Shown: positions 38,039 to 48,840 of the stretch, one piece after another
Layout of the letters: the number at the start of each line of letters is the position of its first letter
Position numbering within the stretch: position 1 is the stretch's first letter
From: Promethearchaeota archaeon
Lineage (GTDB): Archaea; Asgardarchaeota; Heimdallarchaeia; Hodarchaeales; Hodarchaeaceae
Direction: 5' to 3'
Length of the DNA: 64,000 nt
NCBI GenBank assembly: GCA_048938105.1
Contig: JBHLMN010000011.1
Location: forward strand, 143,709-207,708
The notes under the pieces: generated by a model
Database searches by the model: none
Told to the model about the DNA's origin: nothing
Seen by the model: the letters and a program-made list of their open reading frames with translations, nothing else
Position numbers and translations under genes: made by a program

Positions 38039-38992
38039 ATGACCCCTGAAATTACTCCCTCTGAGCCAGAAATTGATAAGGTTGAATTAGAAAAAAAGGG
38101 TTTAGCTTTCTACAACTGGGCAAAAAAGAATATTAAGAAACAACAACACAAGTCCACAATCTCCAAGTATAAAAGAGGATTAGAGTGGGATGAAAAACAA
38201 TTAAATGGAACTGAAACTGTAGAAGATATTAATTCGGAATTTACTCCTAAGAAGACAATAATAGACATTAAAGAAAAACGATTTCGAACACGATTTTCGC
38301 ATTTCTCACTTCGTACATTACTTCCAACGATAAGTCTTTCTATTGCTATTACTGCTCCAATCACTTTTCCTTGGTTATTTGAATTCATAATACCCGATAT
38401 ATTGACAATTATCCCGCCTTTTCTGGCAAATATTATAAAAGATATAATTAATTTCATTCAGTCCTTTCTGACGATGTTCTCTTGGGTTGAACCAATAATT
38501 GATTTCTTCATGCAGATTGCAGCTACTTTTAATCCATTTTTGGTTTATATGGCTATAATGTATATTCTAAACTCAACAGAAATTGTACATGATGAACATT
38601 ATGAAGACCCACTAGCTGATCCTTCTAATATACCTTCATCAGCAGATTTTTTCGCTTCTGACTTTCAAATGAAATTTAATTTGAGTTTCTCTGAGATTGC
38701 AGTTTTCCTTTTTCTAATCTCATTCTTTATTTCATTGTTTTTAGTAATAAGACGAGAAAAATGGTTATTGTATGAATTTTTAACTACAAAAGACGAAAAT
38801 AAATATTTGGAAGAGATTGAAAAAGCTTTTATTGGTTACTATAAGGATAAAGGGTATGAGGAAGTCAACTACATCAAAAGTAGATTCTCTGAATCACCAA
38901 AATTGAATTTTCTTGCCTATTTAGTGAAATTCAGTCCAATTTTTTCCTTTGTTATTCCAGTAGTATTAGCAGTAATCTTTTTGATTCTCTAA
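38039..38992 (+). CDS. Hypothetical membrane protein
   Basis: 317-aa ORF with a charged N-terminus and several TM segments. Confidence 0.65.
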   Translation: MTPEITPSEPEIDKVELEKKGLAFYNWAKKNIKKQQHKSTISKYKRGLEWDEKQLNGTETVEDINSEFTPKKTIIDIKEKRFRTRFSHFSLRTLLPTISLSIAITAPITFPWLFEFIIPDILTIIPPFLANIIKDIINFIQSFLTMFSWVEPIIDFFMQIAATFNPFLVYMAIMYILNSTEIVHDEHYEDPLADPSNIPSSADFFASDFQMKFNLSFSEIAVFLFLISFFISLFLVIRREKWLLYEFLTTKDENKYLEEIEKAFIGYYKDKGYEEVNYIKSRFSESPKLNFLAYLVKFSPIFSFVIPVVLAVIFLIL

Positions 38993-39395
38993 TAGTAGTA
39001 AGAAAACAGGGAAAAGACTTGATATGAGGGTACTCAACTTTAGGTTAACATATAGGAAGTCGTGATAGCTAAAATTATACCAGAGAGAAAGATGAAGTGA
39101 GTCCTAATCATATAACAGACCTATATAAGAGATAACAATTCCAGTGGCAATGAAAAATCCAGAAAAAAGATTAGCTTAACAGTTTTTACCAAACTTTAAT
39201 CTAGTTTTGCTAAGTTGTCTGATAACTCTTCTTGTTTATATTCATTAAGCAATCTAGGTATGAATCTCCATTTCTTTTACCTTAGTTCTAGTATGAATAG
39301 ATTTTAAGCTGGAAAAATGAGTATTCTTGTGGATTCCTGAAGTTTTTTTCCAATCTGAATCAGCTTTTAATTCAATGACCTGAAAGTCGTATGCT

Positions 39396-39920
39396 TCAAT
39401 TTACTTTATTATTAATAATTGTATTTACTAGTAAGGCTAATTTATGAAAAGCCTTCTCCACATTTTCACCTGTCAGAGCTGAAGTACTGAAGTGATCTCC
39501 AATATTTGAATGATGTTTTAAAAAATCCTTCACATCATGATATGAGACTGCCACCGATTCTCTCAAATCTACTTTATTTCCGATCAGAATTAAAGGAATT
39601 TCCCCTGCAACGTCTTGGATATCCTCTATCCATGAGGCTCGAAGATTATCTAGAGTTTTAGGTAATGTGAGGTCGAATACCAAGAAAGCCCCTTGTGTGC
39701 CATTGAAAAATCTTTGTCGAAATTTGCGAAACGATGTCTGGCCTGCGACATCCCAGATTTGTAACAATACTTCATAATTATCGACAATTAACTGCTTTAT
39801 ATATATTTTAACACCTATTGTTGCTTTGTAATCACCTGTAAAGTATCCAGTAACAAAACGATTGATTAATGAGGTCTTACCAACACCTTCATCTCCCGCT
39901 AGTACGATTTTATAGTTCAT
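39396..39920 (-). CDS. Rab-like small GTPase
   Basis: GDEGVGKT, YKATIG, WDVAGQ, NKVD, TSAL. Confidence 0.95.
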   Translation of the reverse strand: MNYKIVLAGDEGVGKTSLINRFVTGYFTGDYKATIGVKIYIKQLIVDNYEVLLQIWDVAGQTSFRKFRQRFFNGTQGAFLVFDLTLPKTLDNLRASWIEDIQDVAGEIPLILIGNKVDLRESVAVSYHDVKDFLKHHSNIGDHFSTSALTGENVEKAFHKLALLVNTIINNKVN

Positions 39921-40278
39921 TATAATCCCCTTACATTCATTTAACGATTCTCAGAAGTTGTCTAATCTTCTCATCACCATATCTAAACTGAATTTCATTT
40001 TATTAAACTATTTTTCATTTGTTTAAAATGTAATTACAAAAATCCAAACAAATAGCCTTTATAACATCTCCAGTTAATTCTTATGCTGAAAGAACATCGT
40101 TTATCAATCAACCTTCTATACACTAATATAATCTTGAGTTATATGACTACTTCTGTATGTTTTGACTTAAATTATAACATATATCCCAAAATGTTAGGTA
40201 TTAAATAACACATTTGTATGAATATCATAATCAGATATAAGATTTGCAGAAAAATAACTCTAGATAAAAAAATTCGCT

Positions 40279-40695
40279 CTATATATTCTTAAACTTTCTC
40301 GCAGTTAAGACAAGCTCCTTAATGTCGGATGGTAATTTTTTATTTTGCCGTGATGTTTCTTCAACCGCTGATTTACCAACATTTTTCGCAGCTTTCAAAG
40401 CATATAAGACTGCTACTAATGAATGGTCTGCCATATGAGCAGTAGCAACAATGTGTCCAACAGAACGTGCTACTGTGATTGCTCCTAATGAAGCTTTTTG
40501 CGTCACCCACAGAAGTATTTCCTCGAATCCACCCCTTAGCCACATTTAGAGCTTTATTTAGTCTTTCATCTATTTTTTCACCGAAAAAATACAATACATG
40601 CTCTGCACAATCGCATACCCATTTAATTAAATGATCATGCTGCGTTTTTTTAGAGGCCCACCGCGATGTTTTGCACTAAATCGTTTATCTCGCAT
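40279..40695 (-). pseudogene. Imm5-like (putative immunity family) pseudogene with at least two frameshifts
   Basis: Three frames give MRDKRFSAKHRGGPLKK / QHDHLIKWVCDCAEHVL...VGDA / KASLGAITVARSVGHIVATAHMADH...YALKA. Shifts lie at an A7 run (about 40645-40651) and near 40500. Confidence 0.75.
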
Positions 40696-40761
40696 TTTCG
40701 CTTTTCTCTGCTTCGTTTCCAATACCGTTAAATCTTTTAAAATTAGGTATAATCTTAATTA

Positions 40762-41541
40762 ATGAGAGTGTTTAAAGTGACCGTTAGTAAACCTAGAATG
40801 TTTCTTAAATTATTAAGATTATGGTTATGGTCCATCCTAAAACGAGGCTGGTACCTCCCAGAGATTTCAGAAATTACTGCTGATGAGCTATTCGATCGCA
40901 TGAATTCTAATAGTCTTCCATTATTATTTGATCTTCGGGATCAAGTAGAATTTTATGGTAATGGAGAATACAAATATGAAAAATATGGACACATACCGAA
41001 TTCTAAATGGATCCGCCTTATGGAACTCTCATCCCAACTCAAGGAGCTTCAAGAATTTAAAAACAATGAAATAGTCACGATTTGTCAGGGTGGAGGGATG
41101 TCTTTGGTAGCAGTCCAAATTATGGTTGAAGCAGGATTTACTGATGTTAAGAGTTTAAAGGGCGGAATTAAAGGTTGGAAAAAGCAAGGATATCCCCTTA
41201 TTAGAACAACTGAAGATGTACTTCACCTTGCGGATATTAAAATTGGTTCTTTCCAAGAGAATTCTAAAATAATTGAAGAAAATCTCCCTTTGGGTATAAA
41301 ATATAGTGGTCAAGTCGATTATAGTATAGATGCTCGTGGTTTAAGCTGTCCTCAGCCTATTATGAGATCTGTAAAAGTGATGAGGAAACTAAAAATTGGT
41401 CAAGTCTTTGAAATTCTAACAACTGATCCTGGTAGTAAAGCTGATATTCCTGCTTGGATCCGTTCTACTGGACAAGAACTCTTATCATTTGAAGAATTTG
41501 ATACTAAAGAATTCCGTTTTCTTGTTAAGCGAATGAAATAA
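40762..41541 (+). CDS. Rhodanese-TusA(SirA) fusion sulfurtransferase
   Basis: GHIPNS, ICQGGGMS, LKGGIKGW; then DARGLSCPQP, TTDPGSKADIPAW. Confidence 0.92.
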   Translation: MRVFKVTVSKPRMFLKLLRLWLWSILKRGWYLPEISEITADELFDRMNSNSLPLLFDLRDQVEFYGNGEYKYEKYGHIPNSKWIRLMELSSQLKELQEFKNNEIVTICQGGGMSLVAVQIMVEAGFTDVKSLKGGIKGWKKQGYPLIRTTEDVLHLADIKIGSFQENSKIIEENLPLGIKYSGQVDYSIDARGLSCPQPIMRSVKVMRKLKIGQVFEILTTDPGSKADIPAWIRSTGQELLSFEEFDTKEFRFLVKRMK

Positions 41542-41738
41542 AAGTAAAAATCAATTGGTAGTGTGAAAATCTTACTATCTTAAGATATAACATGATCAAT
41601 TTCTTATCACAGAGTCAATGTTAAACAATTAGAATAAATCCCTAAAAAGTATGTTATGGCGATGTTACGTACTCATTAACCACCCAAAAAGTATAGGGAT
41701 AAAGAGAGAGAAAAAGTAGCAACCAAGGGGATCAATAC

Positions 41739-42305
41739 ATGGAATTACTAAAAATTATCCTGATAGGAGATGGGTCAGTGGGAAAAACCTCAATCCGTGA
41801 ACGTTATCTAGGACAGGGGTTTCCCATGCAATATTTACCTACATTAGGAGCAGATTTTTCAGTAAAAGATGAGATAATCGATGGGGAAAAGATAAGCTTC
41901 CAAATCTGGGATCTTGCAGGGCAACCTGTCTTTGAGACGATCAGAAAGATGTACTATCGAGGCGCAAGAGGTGCTTTCATTGTATGTGATGTTAGTAATC
42001 CTGAATCAGTGATGAATATACATAATTGGGTAGATGAATTGTGGAGAAATAATGGGCATGGGCCAATTCCATTTGTGATTCTAGGAAACAAGATAGACCT
42101 AAGATACACTGGAAAGTACTGTATACCAGATCAAACGTTACAAGGAATAGCTAGAGGAATAACAATAACAATAGGGGAAGCATTACAGTTTAAGGTGACC
42201 TATTTACCTACTAGTGCTAAAACAGGAGAAAATATCACTCAGGCGTTCAAACAGCTAGGAATGCAAGTAGCATCACACAAAATGTATCATTCACAATATG
42301 CATAA
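41739..42305 (+). CDS. Rab-like small GTPase
   Basis: GDGSVGKT, YLPTLG, WDLAGQ, YYRGA, NKID, TSAK. Confidence 0.95.
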   Translation: MELLKIILIGDGSVGKTSIRERYLGQGFPMQYLPTLGADFSVKDEIIDGEKISFQIWDLAGQPVFETIRKMYYRGARGAFIVCDVSNPESVMNIHNWVDELWRNNGHGPIPFVILGNKIDLRYTGKYCIPDQTLQGIARGITITIGEALQFKVTYLPTSAKTGENITQAFKQLGMQVASHKMYHSQYA

Positions 42306-42500
42306 AGTGCCTTTAAAAATGCCCATTCGAGACGATTGGAGCTTTTATTCGAAATAAATGACTTAGAAAACCTAGGAAAACTCTTTTCACTCCCAGAAAA
42401 GACATCATTGATAATAGTATGTCAAACCTTACAAACATTGTTTCTTGAATTGAAGCTATTTATCGATATTAGAACTCCATATGTAAAAAGGATGAAATAA

Positions 42501-43478
42501 ATGGAAAAAACTAGTAATGAAAAAAAGAAAATGACAGCAGTAGCATGGACAGGTTATGGATCACCAGAGGTTCTTAAACTTGAAAGAATAGATATACCTA
42601 CTCCCAAGAACAACGAAGTTCTAATAAAAATATATGCAACAACAGTGCACAGAGGAGATACGAGAATGCGCAAGCTAGATGTTGGAGGCTCTTTTTTTGC
42701 TCCTCTTTTGGCGCGGATATATTTTGGTATCAGAACGCCTAAGATGAGATTAGGCATGGAACTAGCTGGAGAGATAGTGGAAGTTGGAACAGATGTTACC
42801 AAATTTAAGATTGGTGACAAAGTATGGGCAACTACTCTGTGGTCTGGTTTTGGAGGATATGCAGAATATAAGACAATGAAAGAAGACAAAGAACTTACTT
42901 TAATGCCAACTAATATGACTTTTGAAGAAGCTGCAGTTATCCCTGCTGGAGGAATTACCGCATTAGGAATTATCAAAATGGCAAACATCCAGAGAGGACA
43001 AAAAATGCTCATTTATGGTGCTTCTGGAAGTGTAGGAGCATTTGCTGTTCAACTTGCTAAATCACTCGGTGCTGAAGTTACTGGAGTATGTAGTACTTCA
43101 AACTTAGAATTAGTAAAATCTCTAGGTGCAGATAAAGTGATTGATTACAAAACCACTGATTTCACTGACTTAAATGAAACCTATGATGTCATCTTTGATG
43201 CTGTCAATTTATTTAAAGGCGATTATAAGAAATCATTAAAAGAAACAGGAATCTATCTTAATGTTGATAAGTCTTCAGATAAAATAAAGAAAAAAGATGC
43301 GCTTCCCCTTCTTAAAGATCTCAAAAAAATTTGTGAGGTTGGAAAGCTAAAAGCAGTGATCGATAGAACCTATAATTTGGATCAAATTGTCGAAGCTCAT
43401 CGTTATGTAGATACTGGAAGAAAGAAAGGAAATATAGTTGTTACTGTTGTGGGGGGAAAATCAGACATACAGTTTTAA
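42501..43478 (+). CDS. Zinc-free MDR-family NAD(P)-dependent oxidoreductase (quinone-reductase-like)
   Basis: YGSPEVL, LGMELAG, GGYAEY, GASGSVG, LGADKVIDY, GRKKGNIV. Confidence 0.92.
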   Translation: MEKTSNEKKKMTAVAWTGYGSPEVLKLERIDIPTPKNNEVLIKIYATTVHRGDTRMRKLDVGGSFFAPLLARIYFGIRTPKMRLGMELAGEIVEVGTDVTKFKIGDKVWATTLWSGFGGYAEYKTMKEDKELTLMPTNMTFEEAAVIPAGGITALGIIKMANIQRGQKMLIYGASGSVGAFAVQLAKSLGAEVTGVCSTSNLELVKSLGADKVIDYKTTDFTDLNETYDVIFDAVNLFKGDYKKSLKETGIYLNVDKSSDKIKKKDALPLLKDLKKICEVGKLKAVIDRTYNLDQIVEAHRYVDTGRKKGNIVVTVVGGKSDIQF

Positions 43479-43509
43479 TCTTATAGAGAGAACCTCATAG
43501 AAGGAAGAT

Positions 43510-43725
43510 TTGAACAATTATGATAGTATCTACCTCTGGTCTTTTGGATCCACGAGAATTGTTAACAACACTTTCTTTAATGATGGTATTTATTTAAGTT
43601 CATATAACTCTACTAAAGAGGAATTACTTTCTTATACAGGTATGAGTAATTCGATTAAAGACCTTCCTTTGTGGTATTTCCCCATAGATCTTAAAGTTCT
43701 AATAGGAGAAAAAAGTAATCAGTAA
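43510..43725 (+). pseudogene. Fragment of a NosD/CASH beta-helix protein
   Basis: NNYDSIYLWSFGSTRIVNNTFFNDGIYL resembles a PbH repeat; no signal peptide; only 71 aa. Confidence 0.5.
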
Positions 43726-43825
43726 ACCCATGATTAACGGTATCATAGCTGTTAGAATTTATGGCTGTTACTTCACGAAGGGAAATGAAGGTTTAATTAC
43801 ATAATTAATTGCTATAGGCTATTGT

Positions 43826-44803
43826 TTATACTGATTTACGACGTCTAATGCTGAAGAGGAGTAAGCCAAAGATAATAAGAAACAAAAATATTCTGAATAA
43901 CATTGCATTATCGATAATTGGTGTAAAAACAGGTGAAGAAAAACTACTCGTGTCTATTTCACTTGTAGAAAAAGGACTGATCTCTGTTGGATTAACATCA
44001 GAATAGGAAAGATAGATGTCTCCTTCGCCATTATCGTTGCAGAAATTTTTAGTTCGAGTCACAAAACTAGAGTCAAGGAGAGAAATACCATACTCACCAT
44101 TGTTGTTGCAGGTGTTGTTTGTGAGAGTCGAAAAACCAGAAGAAATAAGAGTGATACCAGATTCATCATTATTGTTACAGGTGTTGTTGGCTACTGTGGA
44201 AGAACCAGATGCGTAAAGGGTGATTCCATCCAAATTGTCTTTACAGGTGTTGTTAGTAAGAGTCGAAAAAGGAGAATCTCCAAGTATGATTCCATCACCA
44301 ATATTATTGTTGCAAGTATTGTTGGCCACAATGGAAGATCTAGAACTGTAAAGATAGATACCAGCGACACCATTGTTGTTACAGATGTTGTCGAGAATAG
44401 TAGGAGTTCCAGCGGTAACATCTTCCACAATAATACCATGATTTGTTGCACTATCAATCCAACAATTCTGGACGCAAAAATGTTTCGTTGTTCCTCTAAT
44501 AGAGATTCCGTGAGTTGAAGACCCTGTGATATTCCAGTTAGCAAGTAAATATGGGTCATTAATCAATCCTATACCACTAACTGCAATAACAGCTAAGTCA
44601 CTATCATTATTGACAGTAATCGGGGCATGATACGAATAGCCCTTAGTAATTGATCGATTAACCGAATTGAATCTAGGTTCTGGATTCTTTTGTTTAGCTT
44701 CAACACTCTGGTAGAGCATTTTTAATCCAGAACTGATGAGTAATAAACCGATTAACATAGAAAAGATGATTTTTCTATTACATATCCTTTCCCACATCAC
44801 CAA
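43826..44803 (-). CDS. Secreted NosD/CASH right-handed beta-helix protein with a C-terminal TM anchor
   Basis: HAPITVNNDSDL..G.G...DPY; repeats GI.L..S..ST..NNTC.NN; TM + RRRK. Confidence 0.88.
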   Translation of the reverse strand: MVMWERICNRKIIFSMLIGLLLISSGLKMLYQSVEAKQKNPEPRFNSVNRSITKGYSYHAPITVNNDSDLAVIAVSGIGLINDPYLLANWNITGSSTHGISIRGTTKHFCVQNCWIDSATNHGIIVEDVTAGTPTILDNICNNNGVAGIYLYSSRSSIVANNTCNNNIGDGIILGDSPFSTLTNNTCKDNLDGITLYASGSSTVANNTCNNNDESGITLISSGFSTLTNNTCNNNGEYGISLLDSSFVTRTKNFCNDNGEGDIYLSYSDVNPTEISPFSTSEIDTSSFSSPVFTPIIDNAMLFRIFLFLIIFGLLLFSIRRRKSV

Positions 44804-44866
44804 TCAATCACTCAGTAGAAAAAACAACTATAAATAGAATCACTGAGAGTTAAAAAATTTTCGCTG
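44728..44866. repeat. Dispersed repeat A, copy 1 (promoter and 5' end of the beta-helix gene)
   Basis: Aligns by eye with 53190-53329 (CAGAACTGA..AGTAATA, GAAAAGATGATTTTTC, TCCCACATCA, AATCAATCACT, GTAGAAAAAACAAC, GAGAGTTAA, TTCGCTG). Confidence 0.85.
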
Positions 44867-45008
44867 CTTTTCCAGTTATCTTATTTTTCTAGCCCAAGCT
44901 CTAGTCTTACTCAATGTTCCTTTTCAGATTGTTAGGTGGTGATCCAAACACAAGTTCCTCTCCCATTATTTCACATCAAAGGAGTAAGCATTATACACAT
45001 ATCACTTG

Positions 45009-46472
45009 TCAAGTGACATTCTCTCCAAAGAATGCCTCCAAGTCGTTAAGTAAGAATTCTAGTGCTTTTTCCTTTATTTTCTCCATAGTTACGGAATCAG
45101 TAGTTTCTTCTGCGAACTCGACTAGAAGATTAAGTTTACCAGAACATGTCACTACTCCTAGAACCAGATCAACAAGAGCTAATGGAAATCCTCCGCCTGG
45201 ATTAAATATCAATCTATCTAATTCTAATGATCCATATGTTCTCGGAAAATCTAATCGAGTAAGGTTTGTAATAGCCATTCCGAGAAAAGGTTTGTCTAGT
45301 GAATCCATCTTCTGTCTTTTGAGAATTGAGGAAACAACATCATCTTGCTTACTGAAAGTAGTGAGTTTATCATAGCGTGGAGAATCTGAAGAAACATATC
45401 TTCCAATCATTTTGAATCCTAGTGATTCTAAAATAGCTGGATCAAGATAGCACCAGGTCAAGGGTTCCTTGAAAAGATCTTTATTTGTGTACCGGTTTTT
45501 TAGAGTCTGATTTAATTTTCGTGCATTTTCCCAGAAACTCTTTTTCTCATTGTACTTGAAATCATGAGTGATACCACTCGCAAAATAACCCATAGCTTCT
45601 CCACTTGGAGTTTGAAGTCGATCTCTTATACTACCAGCGACCATAACATTGGAATTAACTTTATTGCCTTTAATGATAGACTGAGCAGCTATAAAGGCAG
45701 ACATCAATGCTGTATTTATGGTAACTCCTTCTTTTTTACATTTAGCAACTAAAGTGAAAGTATCAGTTTCTGAAAGTTCAACAGAGATCATTTGATGGGT
45801 AAAGGTTTTCCAATAAGCTTCATTAAGGCTTTCATAATCTATTTGATTGAAAAATATCGGATTACTAGCCCATTTCTTATTAATCCTATTGATGAAATAT
45901 TTGACAATTCGATTCATAGAGACTTTTTGAGGAAAATTATCTTCATCAAAAGGAACAGGGTTGGGTAAAACTTCCACCTCTTGAGTGGGATTTCCAAGGT
46001 ATGTCATAATATCTCTTGTAAGATAAGCCAAAGACATTCCATCACATATAATATGGTGGCAGACCATCAATAACTCTGAAACGGATTTTGAATTAACAAG
46101 AATAAAACGAATAGCTGGACGTTCTTCAAATTGGAACGGTATCTTACATGATTGATAATATATAGACTTCCAGTGTTCTGGGGATTCTCGAGAGATAATG
46201 GTTATAGGAATTTCTTTTATTCCATCAGAGGAAAACCATGGTGTACCAGAGTCATCGATATGGATACGTACTCGCAGATTAGCATGCCTTTGTTGTGCTT
46301 TCTTAATAGCATCTTTTAGGGAAGATTCAGAAACTTCTCCTTTAATCCGAGCGATCATGGTAACTATAGAATAGGGAGAATGACTGAAAATTCGTTCCAA
46401 TGGAGTAATCTTTCTATAAATCTGATCGATTTTTTCTAATGTCGTAATTTTCTCTGAATTCATGCTTTTCAC
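45009..46472 (-). CDS. Stand-alone condensation-domain / CoA-dependent acyltransferase (PapA5/alcohol acetyltransferase-like)
   Basis: RHANLRVRI, HHIICDG (HHxxxDG), ITNL. Confidence 0.85.
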   Translation of the reverse strand: MKSMNSEKITTLEKIDQIYRKITPLERIFSHSPYSIVTMIARIKGEVSESSLKDAIKKAQQRHANLRVRIHIDDSGTPWFSSDGIKEIPITIISRESPEHWKSIYYQSCKIPFQFEERPAIRFILVNSKSVSELLMVCHHIICDGMSLAYLTRDIMTYLGNPTQEVEVLPNPVPFDEDNFPQKVSMNRIVKYFINRINKKWASNPIFFNQIDYESLNEAYWKTFTHQMISVELSETDTFTLVAKCKKEGVTINTALMSAFIAAQSIIKGNKVNSNVMVAGSIRDRLQTPSGEAMGYFASGITHDFKYNEKKSFWENARKLNQTLKNRYTNKDLFKEPLTWCYLDPAILESLGFKMIGRYVSSDSPRYDKLTTFSKQDDVVSSILKRQKMDSLDKPFLGMAITNLTRLDFPRTYGSLELDRLIFNPGGGFPLALVDLVLGVVTCSGKLNLLVEFAEETTDSVTMEKIKEKALEFLLNDLEAFFGENVT

Positions 46473-46727
46473 AACTTTACCATTTTGAGCGATGGAAAAT
46501 CATAGAACTGTACCGTTACTGTTCGTAATGAGAATTGAAGGTTAATTGCCTTCCAAATTCTTTTTGTTAATAATTTTTACTGAATTAATAAATCAATTTC
46601 ATCCATATTGCACACAAAAAAAAATATAAATATGTAATAACCAACATTAAAAGAGGTGTTATTCACTAATTTTGAATAGTTGAATTCTATAATGGGAAAT
46701 ACAATCTACAAGAAAAAGTGAGCTTTT

Positions 46728-48785
46728 ATGACCTTCAAGAGCACAAAAAATCAATACTTAAAATTAATTATTCTTTTATTTATTTTTACTTCGATTTTTC
46801 AATTTATAACCTCCGCTAATCACCCGATTACAAAAAATTATTATGCGTCAGATCTAGGGGTTCGAACTGATCTGAAATTATTTTCAAATAAAGCTACTTC
46901 AAATTCTAATCAATGGACGATTATGGCAATTGTTAATGCTGAAGCGATATTTGGAGAACATGCTGCTTTGGATTGTTTACAAGAACTTGAAGATGGCTTT
47001 ATACTCGGTTCAGGTATTGAAGTTGTTGCTTTAGTTGATCGTATCCCTGGTTATGACAGTTCAAATGGTAATTGGACAAACTCGCGCTATTATCATATTG
47101 TTCCAGATAATGACACAAGAGTAATTAGTTCCGAGCTCATTCAGGAATACAATGAATTAAACCTTGGTAATCCTAATACTTACAGAAATTTTGTACTTTG
47201 GGCTCAAAGTACATATCCTGCTGAAAAATATGCTCTCACCTATATCGGCCATGGTGGTGCGGTAAGTGGCTTTAGTTTTGATATTTCTAACCAGGATCAT
47301 CTAACTCTCGATGAATTTCAGCAAGCAATGTCTGGCCTCTATGTGGATGTTGTTGTTCTTGATTCATGTAAAATGGGTACTCTTGAACTGGCCTATGAAT
47401 CTCGTACATTCACAGATTATATTGTATTTTCCGAGCAATTTTCTGTAACGGAAGGCCTTGATTACAAAGCTTTTATTGAAGAATTATGTAACAAACCTTC
47501 AATGGAACCTTTAGAATTAGCAGAAATTATAGCTCGTACATCTCTGGAATGGTACACATGGAAATGGGATCTTACACATTCAGTGGTAAATTGCTCTGCA
47601 CTTACACCATTTGTTAATGAACTGTCAAAACTTTCAGTCGAATTAAACAATCTCCTTCCACAAGAAATAACTAGAATAGCAGATATTAGATTATCCGCAT
47701 ATTCACTTGATCATTCTTACTTAGATTTAGGATCATTTCTAAATACCCTCCATTACAATTTTAGCAATAATATATTGATTCAGGATCTCACACAATCATT
47801 AATTGAGCTTTATGATGATATTATTCTATTCAATTATGTAGATGCTTATGCTCAAAACGCTACAGGATTAACCATTTTCTATCCGCAAGATGCTAAGTCA
47901 TTAACGAACATATTTGATTTATCCAGCTATATGAATGCAACAAATTTCTTAGATTTTGATTCTCTAGATTTCCTTAGAGATTGTCTCTGGGATGAATTTT
48001 TGTATAAATATTTACTAAATGCTCCATTAGTAAAAGAACAATTTGTACCAATTGTTAACATTGAGCCGGAAACTCCTATCAATGTCGATATCTCCCCTGA
48101 ATATTCCTCGAGAAAATACAAAATCGAAATCAATACTCCCACTGCTTATCATTTTACTCTAGATGTACAAGATGGTGATCCTAGAATGACCGTCGAAAAG
48201 TCTACTTCAGGTGGACATAGCCTAGGACACCTAGGATATCTGTTTTCCGATGTGCAAAATCCTGAACAAGATATATCTGAAGATATTGTTCATTGGTTTG
48301 AAACAGGTTCTTACATAATAGAGATACAGAGTTGGACTCCATTTGCAAATGGAACTTTATTCGTGAAACAAGAGCCAATACAAAATTTAACCCTAGATGT
48401 AACAATCAAGGGTGAATTCCCTCCTAGAAGAGCAGTTACTCCTCCTATTAAAACAATATATAATTATTATATGATAATGTTTGATGGAGGTAGTTATGAG
48501 CTACTATTAGATATTTCTGATCACGGCCTTTTACATGTTAAAATGTGGGACCAAACAAGATCATCTTTAAAGAAGGAGTTCTATGGAAATGAGGGGGAAG
48601 ATTTTCTGTATCCTTTTACTCTGGACGATTCAGAAATACTTCTGCTGGAATTTGCATGTTATGAATGGACAGGTTCATATGAATTAAGTGTAATAAAAAC
48701 AAAAAGGCCTATATCTATTAATTACTCATTTATTGCAGTTCTAGTATGTTTAGGCATCGTTTCACTTATAAGGAAACAAAGATAA
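46728..48785 (+). CDS. Clostripain-family (C11) cysteine peptidase, surface anchored
   Basis: Signal peptide; WTIMA, ELNLGNP, YPAEKYAL..IGHGGA (His), LDSCKMGTLE (Cys); C-terminal beta domains, TM + RKQR. Confidence 0.9.
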   Translation: MTFKSTKNQYLKLIILLFIFTSIFQFITSANHPITKNYYASDLGVRTDLKLFSNKATSNSNQWTIMAIVNAEAIFGEHAALDCLQELEDGFILGSGIEVVALVDRIPGYDSSNGNWTNSRYYHIVPDNDTRVISSELIQEYNELNLGNPNTYRNFVLWAQSTYPAEKYALTYIGHGGAVSGFSFDISNQDHLTLDEFQQAMSGLYVDVVVLDSCKMGTLELAYESRTFTDYIVFSEQFSVTEGLDYKAFIEELCNKPSMEPLELAEIIARTSLEWYTWKWDLTHSVVNCSALTPFVNELSKLSVELNNLLPQEITRIADIRLSAYSLDHSYLDLGSFLNTLHYNFSNNILIQDLTQSLIELYDDIILFNYVDAYAQNATGLTIFYPQDAKSLTNIFDLSSYMNATNFLDFDSLDFLRDCLWDEFLYKYLLNAPLVKEQFVPIVNIEPETPINVDISPEYSSRKYKIEINTPTAYHFTLDVQDGDPRMTVEKSTSGGHSLGHLGYLFSDVQNPEQDISEDIVHWFETGSYIIEIQSWTPFANGTLFVKQEPIQNLTLDVTIKGEFPPRRAVTPPIKTIYNYYMIMFDGGSYELLLDISDHGLLHVKMWDQTRSSLKKEFYGNEGEDFLYPFTLDDSEILLLEFACYEWTGSYELSVIKTKRPISINYSFIAVLVCLGIVSLIRKQR

Positions 48786-48840
48786 ATTTATAGACTAACG
48801 GTAACATAAAATATAAATCAGCAGTGATTAATGAGAAAAA

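Noticed and set aside
44040-44400. Regularly spaced short repeats suggesting a CRISPR array
   Set aside because: They are coding beta-helix repeats (NNTCNNN) inside an intact ORF, with no constant repeat and unique spacer pattern.
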